The notes: generated by a model not told the origin, from the letters alone. A DNA stretch of 64,000 nt from Candidatus Paraimprobicoccus trichonymphae (GCA_036322875.1 AP027925.1:693203-757202), one strand, 5' to 3'; positions 40,623 to 51,767 are shown, counted from the stretch's first letter. Made by a program: numbers and translations.

Positions 40623-41174
40623 ATGAGTATAGAAAAATTAAAAAAATTTTTAATATCTTCTTTAATAATATCCTTGGCTGTTATTTTAAGTAAAATATGT
40701 GTTTTTAAGTTGCCTAATGGTGGTTCTGTTAATCTTAGTATGATTCCTATTGTACTTTGTTCTCTTCTATTTGGAAACAAATTAGGAATTTTATCTGGGC
40801 TTATTTACAGTGTTATTAAAATTGTGCTCAATATAAATTTACTACCAATTGTTAATATTTATAAGTATTTTACAATTTTTATCTTAGATTATATTTTTCC
40901 GTATATTGTTTTAGGTTTTACAAATATGATAAATAAAAAAACAAACAATATTAAATTAAGTGTTTTTATTGTTATTTTTTTAAGGTTTTTGAGCCATTTT
41001 ACATCTGGAATAGTGATTTGGAGTGAGTACATTGAAAATTTAAATTCAAACGTAGATATTTTAGTATACTCTCTAATTTATAACTGTTCTTATCTAATAC
41101 CAGAAGCTATTATTGTTATATTATTTTTTAGTAATTTTTATAGTATACTTTTAAAAGTTTTTTTAGTGCAATGA
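40623..41174 (+). CDS. thiT: ThiT/YuaJ-like thiamine ECF-transporter S component
   Basis: KLPNGGSVNLSMIPIVLCSLLFGNKLGILSG and FILDYIFPYIVLGF match the ThiT family pattern. 6 TM. Confidence 0.6.
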   Translation: MSIEKLKKFLISSLIISLAVILSKICVFKLPNGGSVNLSMIPIVLCSLLFGNKLGILSGLIYSVIKIVLNINLLPIVNIYKYFTIFILDYIFPYIVLGFTNMINKKTNNIKLSVFIVIFLRFLSHFTSGIVIWSEYIENLNSNVDILVYSLIYNCSYLIPEAIIVILFFSNFYSILLKVFLVQ

Positions 41175-41296
41175 AGATTTATATATATAATTTTCGGCAA
41201 AAAACTATATAAAACCTTTAATTTTAACTGAAAAACATGGTAAATCGAATATAGCAAAGAAGTGTTTTTTCGATCAACAGATTTGAGTTAGTCGTA

Positions 41297-41633
41297 TGGC
41301 AAGCCGGGGCGGCGTAGACTTTCAAATATCAAATTAGAAATATATATTAACTGTTCTATCAAGGAAATTTTAAACATATAAAAATATTTTTTCTTTTTTG
41401 ATTATGCTCTAAAATAGTTTATAAATAAAATTAAATGTAGCAAGCTTATTTTGTGATAATTAGAATGGCTAAAATTACAGTAAAATATGTATCATAAAAA
41501 AGTAGAATTTCAATTTAATGAAACATCCGTACAAAAGACATTTCAAACAGAATAAGTTTCAAAATCTGAAACCAAATTAATAATAATAAAAATGTTCATG
41601 GTGAGATTTATTAAATTTTAAGTTTTTTGAAAA
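41297..41633 (+). repeat. Unclassified repeat R1, copy 2 (with ~70-nt insertion)
   Basis: Same sequence as 8131..8398, with extra CATAAAAAAGTAGAATTTCAATTTAATGAAACATCCGTACAAAAGACATTTCAAACAGAATAAGTTTCA. Confidence 0.6.
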
Positions 41634-41825
41634 TTAGTAAAAGTATAATTTTAAAAAAGCTAAAGTTTTCCTCATATCTAAAATATTTAAACTGCAAAAA
41701 GCTTTTGAACTTGTTATTTCAAACCATTTGAAATGTACAAATTTTTATTGGATTGTTCAACAAGTTTGCTTTGATATAACATCCATTTTGAAGAACTAAT
41801 ATAAGTAATATTTTGAAAAATTTTT

Positions 41826-42593
41826 TAAATGAAAAAATTACCAGAAACAAAATATTTAGTAACATTCGGAATAAGAAAACCAACATTTGAAGCAATGCAC
41901 GCGACCCTCATAGCGCGAAAATTGAGTGTTTTGGATATGCTAATTATTATGTTTGGATATTACCACGATTATCGCACAATGGAAAACTTGGGCTTTGATT
42001 ATGGTGTATCTGAACAACGAATTTCCGAGGCTGTTGCATGGGTCGAACAAACTTTAATCAAAGATGGAACATTTTTATTGCCGTCAAAACGCGAATTAAT
42101 CAAGGAAAACACCACGCGATAATTAATGTTATAGAATGCGAAACCTAACGTCCAAAACATGGACAAAAAGCTTCATATTCGGGTAAAAAAAGACACACAA
42201 TAAAAGACCAAATAGTCATAAACAGCGACACAAAACAAATTATAGATATTTATGAAGAAAAAGGTTTTGTGCATGATTTGGAGATTTTTAAGCGCAGCAA
42301 ATTTCATTTGTTGAAAGATATTTTATTTATTGGCGACAAAGGATATCAGGGTTTAAAACTCTACCATTCAAATAGTTTGACGCCCGTATAAAAAGCCGAA
42401 AAATGGCGAACTTACTGACGGTTTAATTCACAAATTTCAAGTTACAGAATTTGCATCGAACACGCAAATTGTTGTATTAAACGCTTCAAAATTCTTCAAC
42501 AACGCTATCGCAACAAACAAAAAAAACACTTATTAAGAATTTCTCTAATTTCGGCTATTTATAGCTATGAATTGAGGTTTTAGGACAGGTCTA
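41826..42593 (+). pseudogene. IS5-like element, sub-type A, copy 3 (5' truncated)
   Basis: MKKLPETKYLVTFGIRKPTFE..., AIINVIECET*RPKHGQKASYSGKKRHTIKDQ, IGDKGYQGLKLYHSNSLT. Right terminal repeat GTTTTAGGACAGGTCTA ends at 42593. Confidence 0.75.
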
Positions 42594-42636
42594 ATATATT
42601 ATGATAGAAAATAGAAAAATGGAACAATTTGTATTA

Positions 42637-42962
42637 TAGCTGTTCCGATTTAAAAGAATCTGTGATGTAATTAAAAGATACCATATTCAAAAGATACACG
42701 AAAATTGGTCTTAAAATATCTCACAAGGGGACAAAGCACGTAAGGAACTAGGTGCAAGCGTAAATTTGAAAAAATCGTGAAAAAAACTTTTAAACGAAAC
42801 AGGAAGTTTAGAAAATCAGTTAAAAAAGAGAACTGCGACGAAATTTTTCACCGAAGAGCTTAAATCCTACATTGAAAAATTATGGACAAATTTAAAAGAT
42901 TGGTTGCGTTTTAATTCTAAAAATTACTTAACAATTCAAAAATTCATCTCAGCTTATTTTAA
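42637..42962 (+). mobile_element. IS630 internal-deletion derivative (~330 bp)
   Basis: Starts with TAGCTGTTCCGATTTAAAAGAATCTGTGATG. Joins the first ~220 bp of the IS630 directly to its last ~100 bp (...EKLWTNLKDWLRFNSKNYL). The terminal repeat is replaced by a GGATAGGTCTTAAT IS5-like end. Confidence 0.65.
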
Positions 42963-43201
42963 AACTAAAATGGGGATAGGTCTTAATTAAAATTGGTATT
43001 TCATTAATTATACTTTCTAAAACATATACATGAGCATTAAACATTATATAATTATTTCCAATTTTACTTTTATATAAATCAATATTCCTACAGCACAAAC
43101 CATATTTGTCATCGTGTACATCTAACTCCCAAGAAATAAATTTATGTTTTTTTGCATCGAAATTAACCTCAATATTAAGTTCACTAAAAATATACTCTTC
43201 A

Positions 43202-43450
43202 TTAATCGTACCAAATTTTATTTAAATCTTCACCATAACTATATACTACTATTGTTTCGCCATATTTTGTAAAACCTTTACGTTTTATTTTAATTAATTT
43301 TTTATGGTATACCTTTTCAGTAGGTGGCGATGAATCAAACACACGCCAATAGTATTTAAAGAAAAAGCAACACACACATAGCGCACCTATTATTCCCCTA
43401 ACTGTGCCAAAAACAATTTTGATTTTATTTATAATAACAAACACCCTCAT
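43202..43450 (-). CDS. Hypothetical small membrane protein
   Basis: 82-aa ORF with one N-terminal hydrophobic segment. No family recognised. Weak support. Confidence 0.3.
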   Translation of the reverse strand: MRVFVIINKIKIVFGTVRGIIGALCVCCFFFKYYWRVFDSSPPTEKVYHKKLIKIKRKGFTKYGETIVVYSYGEDLNKIWYD

Positions 43451-43569
43451 TCATTTTTTTATAAATATTAGTTTAAATCTCCCTGTTTAACATTTTAACA
43501 TTGAAAATTCAACTAAACGCATGAGTGATTGTACAATAGTAAAAAAATTAAAGTCAATACTATAACTTA

Positions 43570-43870
43570 GGAAAAATATTTCTAGCGAGAGGCAATTTCC
43601 TGATATTATCTATCATCATATGCATAAAAAAGGACGAAAATATATCGCTTAAAAGTTTTGAAAAAATTCCAGTTATTATGGCGCATATAACGTAATAAAC
43701 CTACGATGTTTAGCAAATCTAAAATTAACAGTTGAGCGTTCAAATCGTCGTTTAAAGCACTATTTTACTCGTTTTGTTAGAAAATCTTATTTAGTTTCTT
43801 AAAACACTGAAATAGCGGCTAACTCTTTGTGTGTTTGGGCCTACGGACACCTTATTTCTAAATTTTTTTT
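43570..43870 (+). pseudogene. IS1-family transposase C-terminal remnant
   Basis: LTVERSNRRLKHYFTRFVRKSYLVS follows the IS1 InsB pattern (ER.N..LR..L.RL.RKS..FSKS). Stops upstream. Confidence 0.4.
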
Positions 43871-43899
43871 ATGTTTTATATATACTTTTGCACTGACAT

Positions 43900-45399
43900 T
43901 TAAATTGTTCCTAGTTCAACGAATTCAGTTTTTTTACCATCAGAATTAAAATAAAATCTTATAAAATATTTTTCTAAATTGTATTTTTCCCCAATAACTT
44001 CATTCATACTATTTACATTTATATTAATATGGGAAAATATTGTTTTGTAATAATCTGGCAAATCATATTTCGCAGAAGAAAAAGTCTTTCCTAATAAGCT
44101 TCCTCTATCTTCAAGAGTGCTTTCTGCACTCAATCCCATAAAATTTTCGGGATTAACTATAATTTTTTGACAAGAATATTCTTCTTTTTCTGGATCTAAA
44201 TAAAAAACCACAGATACTTTTAAATTTAGATAGGAAACTATTAATTTATCGTCTTCTTCAATTTTATAGGTTTCTTTTCCAAAACTTTCTAAAATTTTCT
44301 CTTGATCTGAATTTAAATATAAAAAATAATCTATAGTATCAAATTTAAAATCGCCTTCATACATTTTGGTTCCCAGAATGTTATATAATATTCCAGCGCC
44401 ATGTTTTTTTCCATTTAAAAATTCACCTTCATAGGCAATTTTAAAATTATTTTGATTATAAAGTTGACCTACACCTTCAGGAACACCTGCTTTAAATTCT
44501 CCTGTATATTCTGGTTTTGCACTTTTAGGATTGTATTTATCGCCTTTACCTTCAAATAAATCACTTTTAAATTCTCCAGAATAAATTAGAACACCATTGG
44601 AATACAAATTTCCTATACCTTCATAAACACCAGATTTAAAATCACCTTTATATAAAATACTCCTTCCATCTTTATCATATAAAATTCCTCTGCCTTCTCT
44701 CAAATCATTTACAAATTCACCGTAGTATGTTCTTAATTTAGTTTCGGGATTAAATTCTATACCTTTACCTGATTTTTGTCCAGAATCAAAATTTCCTGTA
44801 TAAATAAGTTTTCCTTCAGAATTAAATAATTCACCTTCGCCATTATAACTGTTATTTTCAAAATTACCATTGTAAATTCTTTTTTTTTCTGAATAATATT
44901 CTCCGAGACCTGTATATTTACCAGCTGAAAATAATCCTGCATACAATAAATTACCTTTTAAATCATACTGAGTCCCAAAACCTTCAGGATTACCATTTTG
45001 CAGTGTTCCTACAAAAACTGTCACACCCATTGCATCTTTTACTTTTGCTTTTCCTGTAAAAGTAGAATATTTTGCAGTATCTAATTTTATATTTGAACAC
45101 CAAAGTCTACCATCAGCCCACGGATATATAACATATACAAAAGTAAATATTACACTGCAGGTAATTAATACAAATGTAACAACAAATTTTTTGGAAAAAT
45201 ACATTCCGAAAATTCTTATATAGTCTTTTTTGCTATTGGGCTTTCTTGACAATGTTTGTAAAAAACTTTGTACAGATTGTTGAATTATTTGATTAATTCT
45301 TGTAAAAAAATTAGTTATTTTAGATATCCATTTTGACATGGATTGCATTTGCATTTGCAAATTAGAAGTTAATCTTGAAAAAACATCTCCAAGCCACAT
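43900..45399 (-). CDS. MORN-repeat membrane protein
   Basis: N-terminal cytoplasmic segment, one TM (FVVTFVLITCSVIFTFVYVIY), then about 9 consecutive Y.G.F..G...G.G repeats (e.g. YTGNFDSGQKSGKGIEF, YSGEFKSDLFEGKGDKY) and a unique C-terminal domain. Confidence 0.8.
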   Translation of the reverse strand: MWLGDVFSRLTSNLQMQMQSMSKWISKITNFFTRINQIIQQSVQSFLQTLSRKPNSKKDYIRIFGMYFSKKFVVTFVLITCSVIFTFVYVIYPWADGRLWCSNIKLDTAKYSTFTGKAKVKDAMGVTVFVGTLQNGNPEGFGTQYDLKGNLLYAGLFSAGKYTGLGEYYSEKKRIYNGNFENNSYNGEGELFNSEGKLIYTGNFDSGQKSGKGIEFNPETKLRTYYGEFVNDLREGRGILYDKDGRSILYKGDFKSGVYEGIGNLYSNGVLIYSGEFKSDLFEGKGDKYNPKSAKPEYTGEFKAGVPEGVGQLYNQNNFKIAYEGEFLNGKKHGAGILYNILGTKMYEGDFKFDTIDYFLYLNSDQEKILESFGKETYKIEEDDKLIVSYLNLKVSVVFYLDPEKEEYSCQKIIVNPENFMGLSAESTLEDRGSLLGKTFSSAKYDLPDYYKTIFSHININVNSMNEVIGEKYNLEKYFIRFYFNSDGKKTEFVELGTI

Positions 45400-45438
45400 T
45401 TTTTAAATTTCAACTCCTTTAAAATTAATTTATTTAAA

Positions 45439-48282
45439 TTAAAATAACTCTCCTGACCAGTTTTCACTGCTGTCACCAGATTTATCATTTATTAATTTGT
45501 CGCATTTTACTAAGTAATATATAGCAACTGGATCTTTCTCATTTATTCCCAAAATAGTTGAAAACATTTTACAAGCTTGTTCGAAATCTTTTTTTAAATA
45601 AAAATCTACAGCTTCTTCAAACAATTTTTTGGTTTGTATATACAAAACATTTTTATATCTATTACTGATTTCAATAATCTCATAAATTTTCATAGATCTT
45701 TTATTAGAAATATTTATAACTATACCGATATATCTAAAATTTTTAGCTGTAGTTAATTTATTTATTATATTATCAGTAGCAACGTGACTTACTCCAATAT
45801 TTCTTAAATTTTTATCTATGTCTGTTATCTGTATAACTTCTTCAGAAACTAGAATTATTCCACGTATATCTTCATTCCCAGATATTCCTAATATTATCTC
45901 TCCGTAATCTAAAACCATTCTCATGTTTTTGCGTAAATTTTTATTTATATTTATTTCTTTAAATTGCAAAGAACAATTAAAAGCATCGTTAACATCCTCA
46001 AAGAGTATTTTCATACTTAGACCATCGAAAGAGTATACTATTCCATTGTTATTTTTTACTATGTCTAAGAACTTAGGATAACTACTATTTATAGCATCAA
46101 ATAACTCATCTTCACTTTTAAATTCATATTTTTTGTCTTTTATAAAATGAAAACTTAAATACAAAATATTTACATTCACCTTTTTTTTGTCCTGTAATTT
46201 GATTTGAGTAATTTTATCTTTTCCTATTAGTTTTATTAATCTTTTTGGTAAGTATTTTAAATACTCTTTATTTAATATGCTCATATTTTCTGTATAACTA
46301 TCGATTTTTTCTGACATTAAATTAAAAGCATTTGAAACATCAGCTAGTTCGTCCTTTGAGACTATTTTTATTCTAGTATTCCATTCTTTTACACTTATTC
46401 TATTGATTCCGTGTTCTATTCTTCTAAGAGCTTTCAAAGCTATCTTTATTACAAAATATAAATATATAATTATAGCTAAAATAACTATTAGCAAATATAT
46501 AGAATAGTCTCTGAATATTTTTCTAAACTCCATATTTTTATGAACATTTTCATCTAAGAAATTACCTACAAATCCAATAGGTACATCATTAGAATTTTTA
46601 ATTACACAAAACGAGGCTGAAATATCTCCGTGAACGTCTCTGAATACAGCTCTTTTAGTACTTGTGTTTTTTGGGTTTTTTAATTCACTCCAAATACTAT
46701 ATAAATTACTGGTTTCATCTTCTTCTAACAACATATCTACCAAAGCTAGACCTTTGGGAAACATATCTGGATTTACATATCTTAAATATTTATAAGAATT
46801 TGAATTAATACTAAATCTTGTATTAAAACTAGAATATATTTTATTTGATTCTACAATATAAGTGATGAGATAGTCGCTTTTTTCTCCAATTTTATTTAAC
46901 AAATCTGCATACGAATTTTTAACACCACTGTTTAAATTTATATGATTAATACTTAGATAATCTTTAACAGGATCTACAGTTTCAAACTCTTTAGAGTCTA
47001 TATTACCAGCTGCAATTTTTGCTCCTGCATCTTGGATTTCTCTTAAGTCTAGAATATATCTATCCAGATGATTTTTAGTGATAATTAAAATCAATGCCAA
47101 AATTATTAATATAAAAATCGGAGTAAAAAAGCCTAATATTTTTGCTGTTACTACAACTCTTCTGAAACCTTTTTGTATTATGAAAATTATAAAATATCCT
47201 AAAGCCATACAAATTGCAAACACTAGTGCTATAATTATTATTCCCAAAGGATAAAATTTATTATGAATATTAGTAATAAGTTTATCATTGCTACCAAATC
47301 TCAAAAATGACAAGTTATTAAAATTTTTTAAAACAGCAAAATATTCGTTAGGATTAACTACATAAATTCTTCTTATATCCTGGACTTTTACATTTTTTAT
47401 AACATTTTCATCCATCTTATAAATACTCTGTAAATTCAATTCTGCGTTAGTTTCTAATTTATAAAAATTTCCGACTAAATTATTAGTAAAATATAAACTG
47501 TTATCTAAGTCCACAGAAAATCCAGAAAGCAAGAATTTATCTCTAGGTATTAAATAAGAGTAATCAATAAAATTATCATCAAGATCTAAACAGAAAAGTT
47601 CACCTCTCAAAGTAGAATAAAAAATTCTACCATCTGATAAAACAGAAATATCATTTACAAAATCTACATTTTTATCTGAAATTTCTATACTCGGTTTAAC
47701 TTCAAAAGATTTTACTTTTTCAGGACTTTCGTTTTCCAATGGATTTACTTTAACTACATCAAAAACACCTTCTTTGAAACCGATTATAATAATATTTTGG
47801 TCTACAATCTGAATTTTTTTTACATAATTTTCTATAGGAGGATTGGGATCATTTGAAAAATCAATATTTGCTATAGTTTTTAATAAGCTTCCTTTTGTGT
47901 CGTACATTAAAACAGATTCTTGAATTAAAGGAAATTCAGAAAAAATTTCTTTTTTACTTCTAAATTGCTTAGATATATAAAAATTACCTTTAGAATCTAC
48001 ATTAATCTCATTATAATTAAAATTTGATTTTTCATCGGATTTATCTAAATCGAATTGAAATTCCAATTTACTAGAAACATTTATTTTTGAAATTTTATAA
48101 ACTTCTTTATCTTTGTCTATGCTTAATATATAAATATTTCCAGCAGGGTCTATATCAGAATTAATAAAAGTTCCAATATTTGGTCTGTTAAAATAATCTT
48201 GGACGAAAAATCCAAGAACAATGCCAAAAATTGCTATTAAAATATACCAAAAATTTTTATTTAACTTTATCTTAAATTTCAA
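45439..48282 (-). CDS. Multi-domain membrane sensor: propeller-like ectodomain, second ectodomain, HAMP, degenerate class III cyclase-like domain, TPR-like tail
   Basis: TM at residues ~12-30. Repeated D..GN.Y motifs. Three further TMs. HAMP-like ALKALRRIEHGINRISVKEWNTRIKIVSKDELADVSNAFNLM. Cyclase-homology-like block VNILYLSFHF...GIVYSFDGLSMKILF...MVLDYGEIILGISG. TTG start. Confidence 0.65.
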   Translation of the reverse strand: MKFKIKLNKNFWYILIAIFGIVLGFFVQDYFNRPNIGTFINSDIDPAGNIYILSIDKDKEVYKISKINVSSKLEFQFDLDKSDEKSNFNYNEINVDSKGNFYISKQFRSKKEIFSEFPLIQESVLMYDTKGSLLKTIANIDFSNDPNPPIENYVKKIQIVDQNIIIIGFKEGVFDVVKVNPLENESPEKVKSFEVKPSIEISDKNVDFVNDISVLSDGRIFYSTLRGELFCLDLDDNFIDYSYLIPRDKFLLSGFSVDLDNSLYFTNNLVGNFYKLETNAELNLQSIYKMDENVIKNVKVQDIRRIYVVNPNEYFAVLKNFNNLSFLRFGSNDKLITNIHNKFYPLGIIIIALVFAICMALGYFIIFIIQKGFRRVVVTAKILGFFTPIFILIILALILIITKNHLDRYILDLREIQDAGAKIAAGNIDSKEFETVDPVKDYLSINHINLNSGVKNSYADLLNKIGEKSDYLITYIVESNKIYSSFNTRFSINSNSYKYLRYVNPDMFPKGLALVDMLLEEDETSNLYSIWSELKNPKNTSTKRAVFRDVHGDISASFCVIKNSNDVPIGFVGNFLDENVHKNMEFRKIFRDYSIYLLIVILAIIIYLYFVIKIALKALRRIEHGINRISVKEWNTRIKIVSKDELADVSNAFNLMSEKIDSYTENMSILNKEYLKYLPKRLIKLIGKDKITQIKLQDKKKVNVNILYLSFHFIKDKKYEFKSEDELFDAINSSYPKFLDIVKNNNGIVYSFDGLSMKILFEDVNDAFNCSLQFKEININKNLRKNMRMVLDYGEIILGISGNEDIRGIILVSEEVIQITDIDKNLRNIGVSHVATDNIINKLTTAKNFRYIGIVINISNKRSMKIYEIIEISNRYKNVLYIQTKKLFEEAVDFYLKKDFEQACKMFSTILGINEKDPVAIYYLVKCDKLINDKSGDSSENWSGELF

Positions 48283-48731
48283 TATAAAAACCCCCTAAAC
48301 TATTTAATATTCGCTATTTTAGTAATATAATCCAGTAAAAAATATAAAAAATCAAGTAAAAAATATATTTTTTTGTGAAAAGATTATAGAAACTCGGGAA
48401 AACATTACATTTAGTACCAGTTTAAAATTATCGAATATATTAGGTATTTTAGAAAAAAATTAAAAAACATAAATAAATTTTTGATACAATTTTAAGTAAG
48501 ATGGAAGCTTGGTTGTCAAATTTGGTTATTCTGCTCTTCCTGGTAGATATAAATTTATTAATTTATGTATGATTTTTGTTTACCTTATTAGTGCAGTAAT
48601 TTACAATATTGTTAAAATAATCTAAACAATTTAATGATTATTAGCAAAAATTTTTTTAGGAGCGGAAACCGAGTAAGTTTGATATAAACAGATTTAATAT
48701 TTTTTCTCAAATTACTCTTTCAAACACAACG

Positions 48732-49595
48732 TTAATTTTTTGTAAGGGGGTTGTCATAAGAAACAACAAGTTTTAAATTATAAAAATCTGCTATGGCTTT
48801 TACTATAGATACAGCTATTTTCTGTAATTTTTCGTCAGAATTCAAAAAATTTTCATAATCATACGGGTTATTTAAGTAAGCACATTCCACTATTATGCTT
48901 AAAATTTTTTTTATGATTCCTTCTTTTACTATTCTATAATAATCAGCAATTTCGCCTGTGTCATACTTAGTACCGTTTTCAGATAATCTACGAAACAAAC
49001 CATCTGGCAAAAAAGGACTTGGTGTTATACCGATTGACTTCAAGTTTTCTAAAATTTTTAAACCTAACCTCTCTTCCTCTATATGCAGATCGTTTCCTTG
49101 TAAATCTTTAGAATGAGCATTTGTAACTAAAATCATAGAACCACTGTGAGTTTCTTTAGAATTTTTTTTGCAACGAGTTTTTATCTCAGTAGCATTATTA
49201 TGTATTGAAACAACCAAATTCGCCTCTTTTTCAATTCCAAGCTGAACTCTACTTTCTAAATTTGGATTGTCATCTTCCTTATGAGTTATATATACTTCAA
49301 TTTCTTCACCTTTGTCATTGGCATATTTTTTAAACTCTTTTTCCATATGTAAAGCTATTTTATAATTAAGATCCTTTTCTTTTACTACTATTTTATTAAT
49401 TTCTTCACACAAAAGTGTATACTTAGAACTACTTAAATCAGGTATTTCGTTTTCTTTAACTAAATACTCAACAACAGCACCAGAATCTTTGCCACCATGA
49501 CCAGGATCTAAAATTATGCAAAACCGTTCTGCATAAACTGTATTTCCTAGAAAGATTAATAATACAAAACCTAAATTAAATACATTTTTTTTCAA
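48732..49595 (-). CDS. N-acetylmuramoyl-L-alanine amidase (Amidase_3 family), secreted
   Basis: Signal peptide, ILDPGHGGKDSGAV, LVVSIHNNA, IVECAYLNN. TTG start after AAGGA. Confidence 0.85.
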   Translation of the reverse strand: MKKNVFNLGFVLLIFLGNTVYAERFCIILDPGHGGKDSGAVVEYLVKENEIPDLSSSKYTLLCEEINKIVVKEKDLNYKIALHMEKEFKKYANDKGEEIEVYITHKEDDNPNLESRVQLGIEKEANLVVSIHNNATEIKTRCKKNSKETHSGSMILVTNAHSKDLQGNDLHIEEERLGLKILENLKSIGITPSPFLPDGLFRRLSENGTKYDTGEIADYYRIVKEGIIKKILSIIVECAYLNNPYDYENFLNSDEKLQKIAVSIVKAIADFYNLKLVVSYDNPLTKN

Positions 49596-49628
49596 TTTTA
49601 AAACGTCCTTTATAATAAATTAAAAATT

Positions 49629-51737
49629 TTAAATCAAATGAAATGCTATAGTTACAGCAGCGAAAACTATTGAAACTATAGACGTAAGTTTTAACAAAAT
49701 ATTTATAGATGGTCCTGAAGTGTCCTTAAATGGATCACCAATAGTATCACAAACTACAGCTGCTTTATGGCACTCAGAATTTTTTCCGCCGTAATTTCCT
49801 GCTTCTATAAATTTTTTTGCATTATCCCAAGCACCACCAGCATTTGACATCATTATGGATAAAGCAAAACCCGTAACGGTAGTGCCAGCTAATAATCCTG
49901 TTACACCACCAGGACCTAATATTAAACCTGTTAGCACTGGTAAAGATACAGATATTAAAATTGGTGCTATCATCAGATTTTGTGATGCTTTAGTACACAA
50001 ATCAACACAAGAAACATAATCAGGTTCCGCCTTGCCTTCAAATAATCCTACAATTTCTTTAAATTGTTTACGAACTTCTAAAACTATACTTTGTGCTGCT
50101 TTTCCAACTGCTTCCATAGTAAGTGCTGAAAATATAAAAGGTAACATTGCACCCAAAAACATTCCTATTAAAATTGGCGGATTATTTACACTCAAATTAA
50201 GTCGCAAACTAGGAGCTATTTTGTTTATTTCAGAAATGTAAGAAGCTATTAAAGCCAATGCGGTTAAAGCTGCAGAACCTATAGCAAAACCTTTTCCAGT
50301 TGCAGCAGTCGTATTTCCCAAAGAATCTAAAGCATCTGTTCTTTTTCTAACATCTTCTCCTAATTCAGACATTTCAGCTATTCCTCCAGCATTGTCTACT
50401 ATAGGACCATAAGCATCTGTTGCTAAGGTTATTCCCAAAGTTGACAGCATCCCAACAGCAGCTATTGCGATTCCATATAAACCTTTATTAAAACTTGACA
50501 TATTAATTACATTTCCACCACAACAAAAAAAACTTATTAAAACAGAAGCAGAAATAATAATCACTGGTGCTACTGTAGATTTCATGCCTAAAGATAATCC
50601 ATTTATAACCATGGTAGCTGCACCAATTTCGGATGATTTAGCAAGATTTTTAACGGGGCCATAATTATCTGAAGTGTAATATTCAGTCATAAATCCTATC
50701 GCTACACCAGCAAGCAATCCGCATATTATAGCGTAAAAAATCCCTTTTTCGTTAGGAAGCATTGATTTTATAACAAAAAACGAGACAAAAGCCATCATAA
50801 TAGCACTTACATAAGTTCCCATTCTTATAGATTTTAATAAACTTTTTTGGTTAGCATTTTCAGTAGTTTTCACAAAAAAAGTCCCAGCTAAAGAAACTAC
50901 TATTCCACACGCTGCTAAAATTAATGGTATTGCTATTCCGTTAAATTTATAACCTGCTGCAACTCCTAAAGCACAGCTTGACAATAAAGAACTAACATAA
51001 GATTCATACAAATCTGCCCCCATTCCTGCTATATCTCCAACATTATCTCCAACATTATCAGCTATAACAGCGGGATTTCTAGGATCATCTTCAGGTATAT
51101 TTTTTTCAACCTTTCCAACTAAATCTGCGCCAACATCGGCGGCTTTTGTAAATATTCCCCCACCTACTCTTGCAAATAAAGACATGCAAGACACACCGAT
51201 TCCAAATGTTATCATATTTGAAGTAATTTGTTGAAACATTATAGATTCGACTCTTATTGGTTCTATAGAAGTGTAATAGTGTTTTAAAAAGCAATACCAT
51301 ATAGTTACGTCTAACAAGCCTATACCGACCACCATAAAGCTCATCACAGAACCTGATGAAAAAGCAACTTTTAAAGCCTTGTTTAAACTACTTGTTGCAG
51401 CAAAAGCTGTTCTCGAGTTTGCCATAGTAGCTGTTTTCATGCCTATATAACCAGATAGGGCAGTTAAAAAACCACCCGTTAAAAATGCAAAAGGCGTGAA
51501 TTTACCGACATAATCAAATCTTGACATTAACAATAAAGCCAAAAATACAAAACCAAAAAATATTGCTACGCCTTTGTATTGTCTCTTTAAATAGGCATTC
51601 GCACCTACTCTTATGGCATCAGAAATCTTTATCATTTTTTCGGTTCCTTGAGAACAAGACTTCACAGTGTAGAACTTGTAAGCAGCAAAACACAGTGAAA
51701 CAATAGCTATTAAAATAATAAAAGCTAAAATACCCAT
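49629..51737 (-). CDS. hppA: Membrane-bound pyrophosphate-energised cation pump
   Basis: 702-aa polytopic protein with DNVGDNVGD, GGAWDNAKK, DTIGDPFKDTSGPS, GNTTAATGKGFAIGSAAL signatures. Confidence 0.95.
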   Translation of the reverse strand: MGILAFIILIAIVSLCFAAYKFYTVKSCSQGTEKMIKISDAIRVGANAYLKRQYKGVAIFFGFVFLALLLMSRFDYVGKFTPFAFLTGGFLTALSGYIGMKTATMANSRTAFAATSSLNKALKVAFSSGSVMSFMVVGIGLLDVTIWYCFLKHYYTSIEPIRVESIMFQQITSNMITFGIGVSCMSLFARVGGGIFTKAADVGADLVGKVEKNIPEDDPRNPAVIADNVGDNVGDIAGMGADLYESYVSSLLSSCALGVAAGYKFNGIAIPLILAACGIVVSLAGTFFVKTTENANQKSLLKSIRMGTYVSAIMMAFVSFFVIKSMLPNEKGIFYAIICGLLAGVAIGFMTEYYTSDNYGPVKNLAKSSEIGAATMVINGLSLGMKSTVAPVIIISASVLISFFCCGGNVINMSSFNKGLYGIAIAAVGMLSTLGITLATDAYGPIVDNAGGIAEMSELGEDVRKRTDALDSLGNTTAATGKGFAIGSAALTALALIASYISEINKIAPSLRLNLSVNNPPILIGMFLGAMLPFIFSALTMEAVGKAAQSIVLEVRKQFKEIVGLFEGKAEPDYVSCVDLCTKASQNLMIAPILISVSLPVLTGLILGPGGVTGLLAGTTVTGFALSIMMSNAGGAWDNAKKFIEAGNYGGKNSECHKAAVVCDTIGDPFKDTSGPSINILLKLTSIVSIVFAAVTIAFHLI

Positions 51738-51767
51738 AAATTAAAAACTCAACTTCCTTTTGTTTTT

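Noticed and set aside
42990-43200. ATG-less ~75-codon frame (…EEYIFSELNIEVNFDAKKHKFISWELDVHDDKYGLCCRNIDLYKSK…) downstream of ORF 43202..43450 as a second gene of a small two-gene module
   Set aside because: There is no canonical start or RBS. The frame runs into the IS630-derivative/IS5-like end at about 42975, and no family resemblance was seen. It is most likely a truncated relic.
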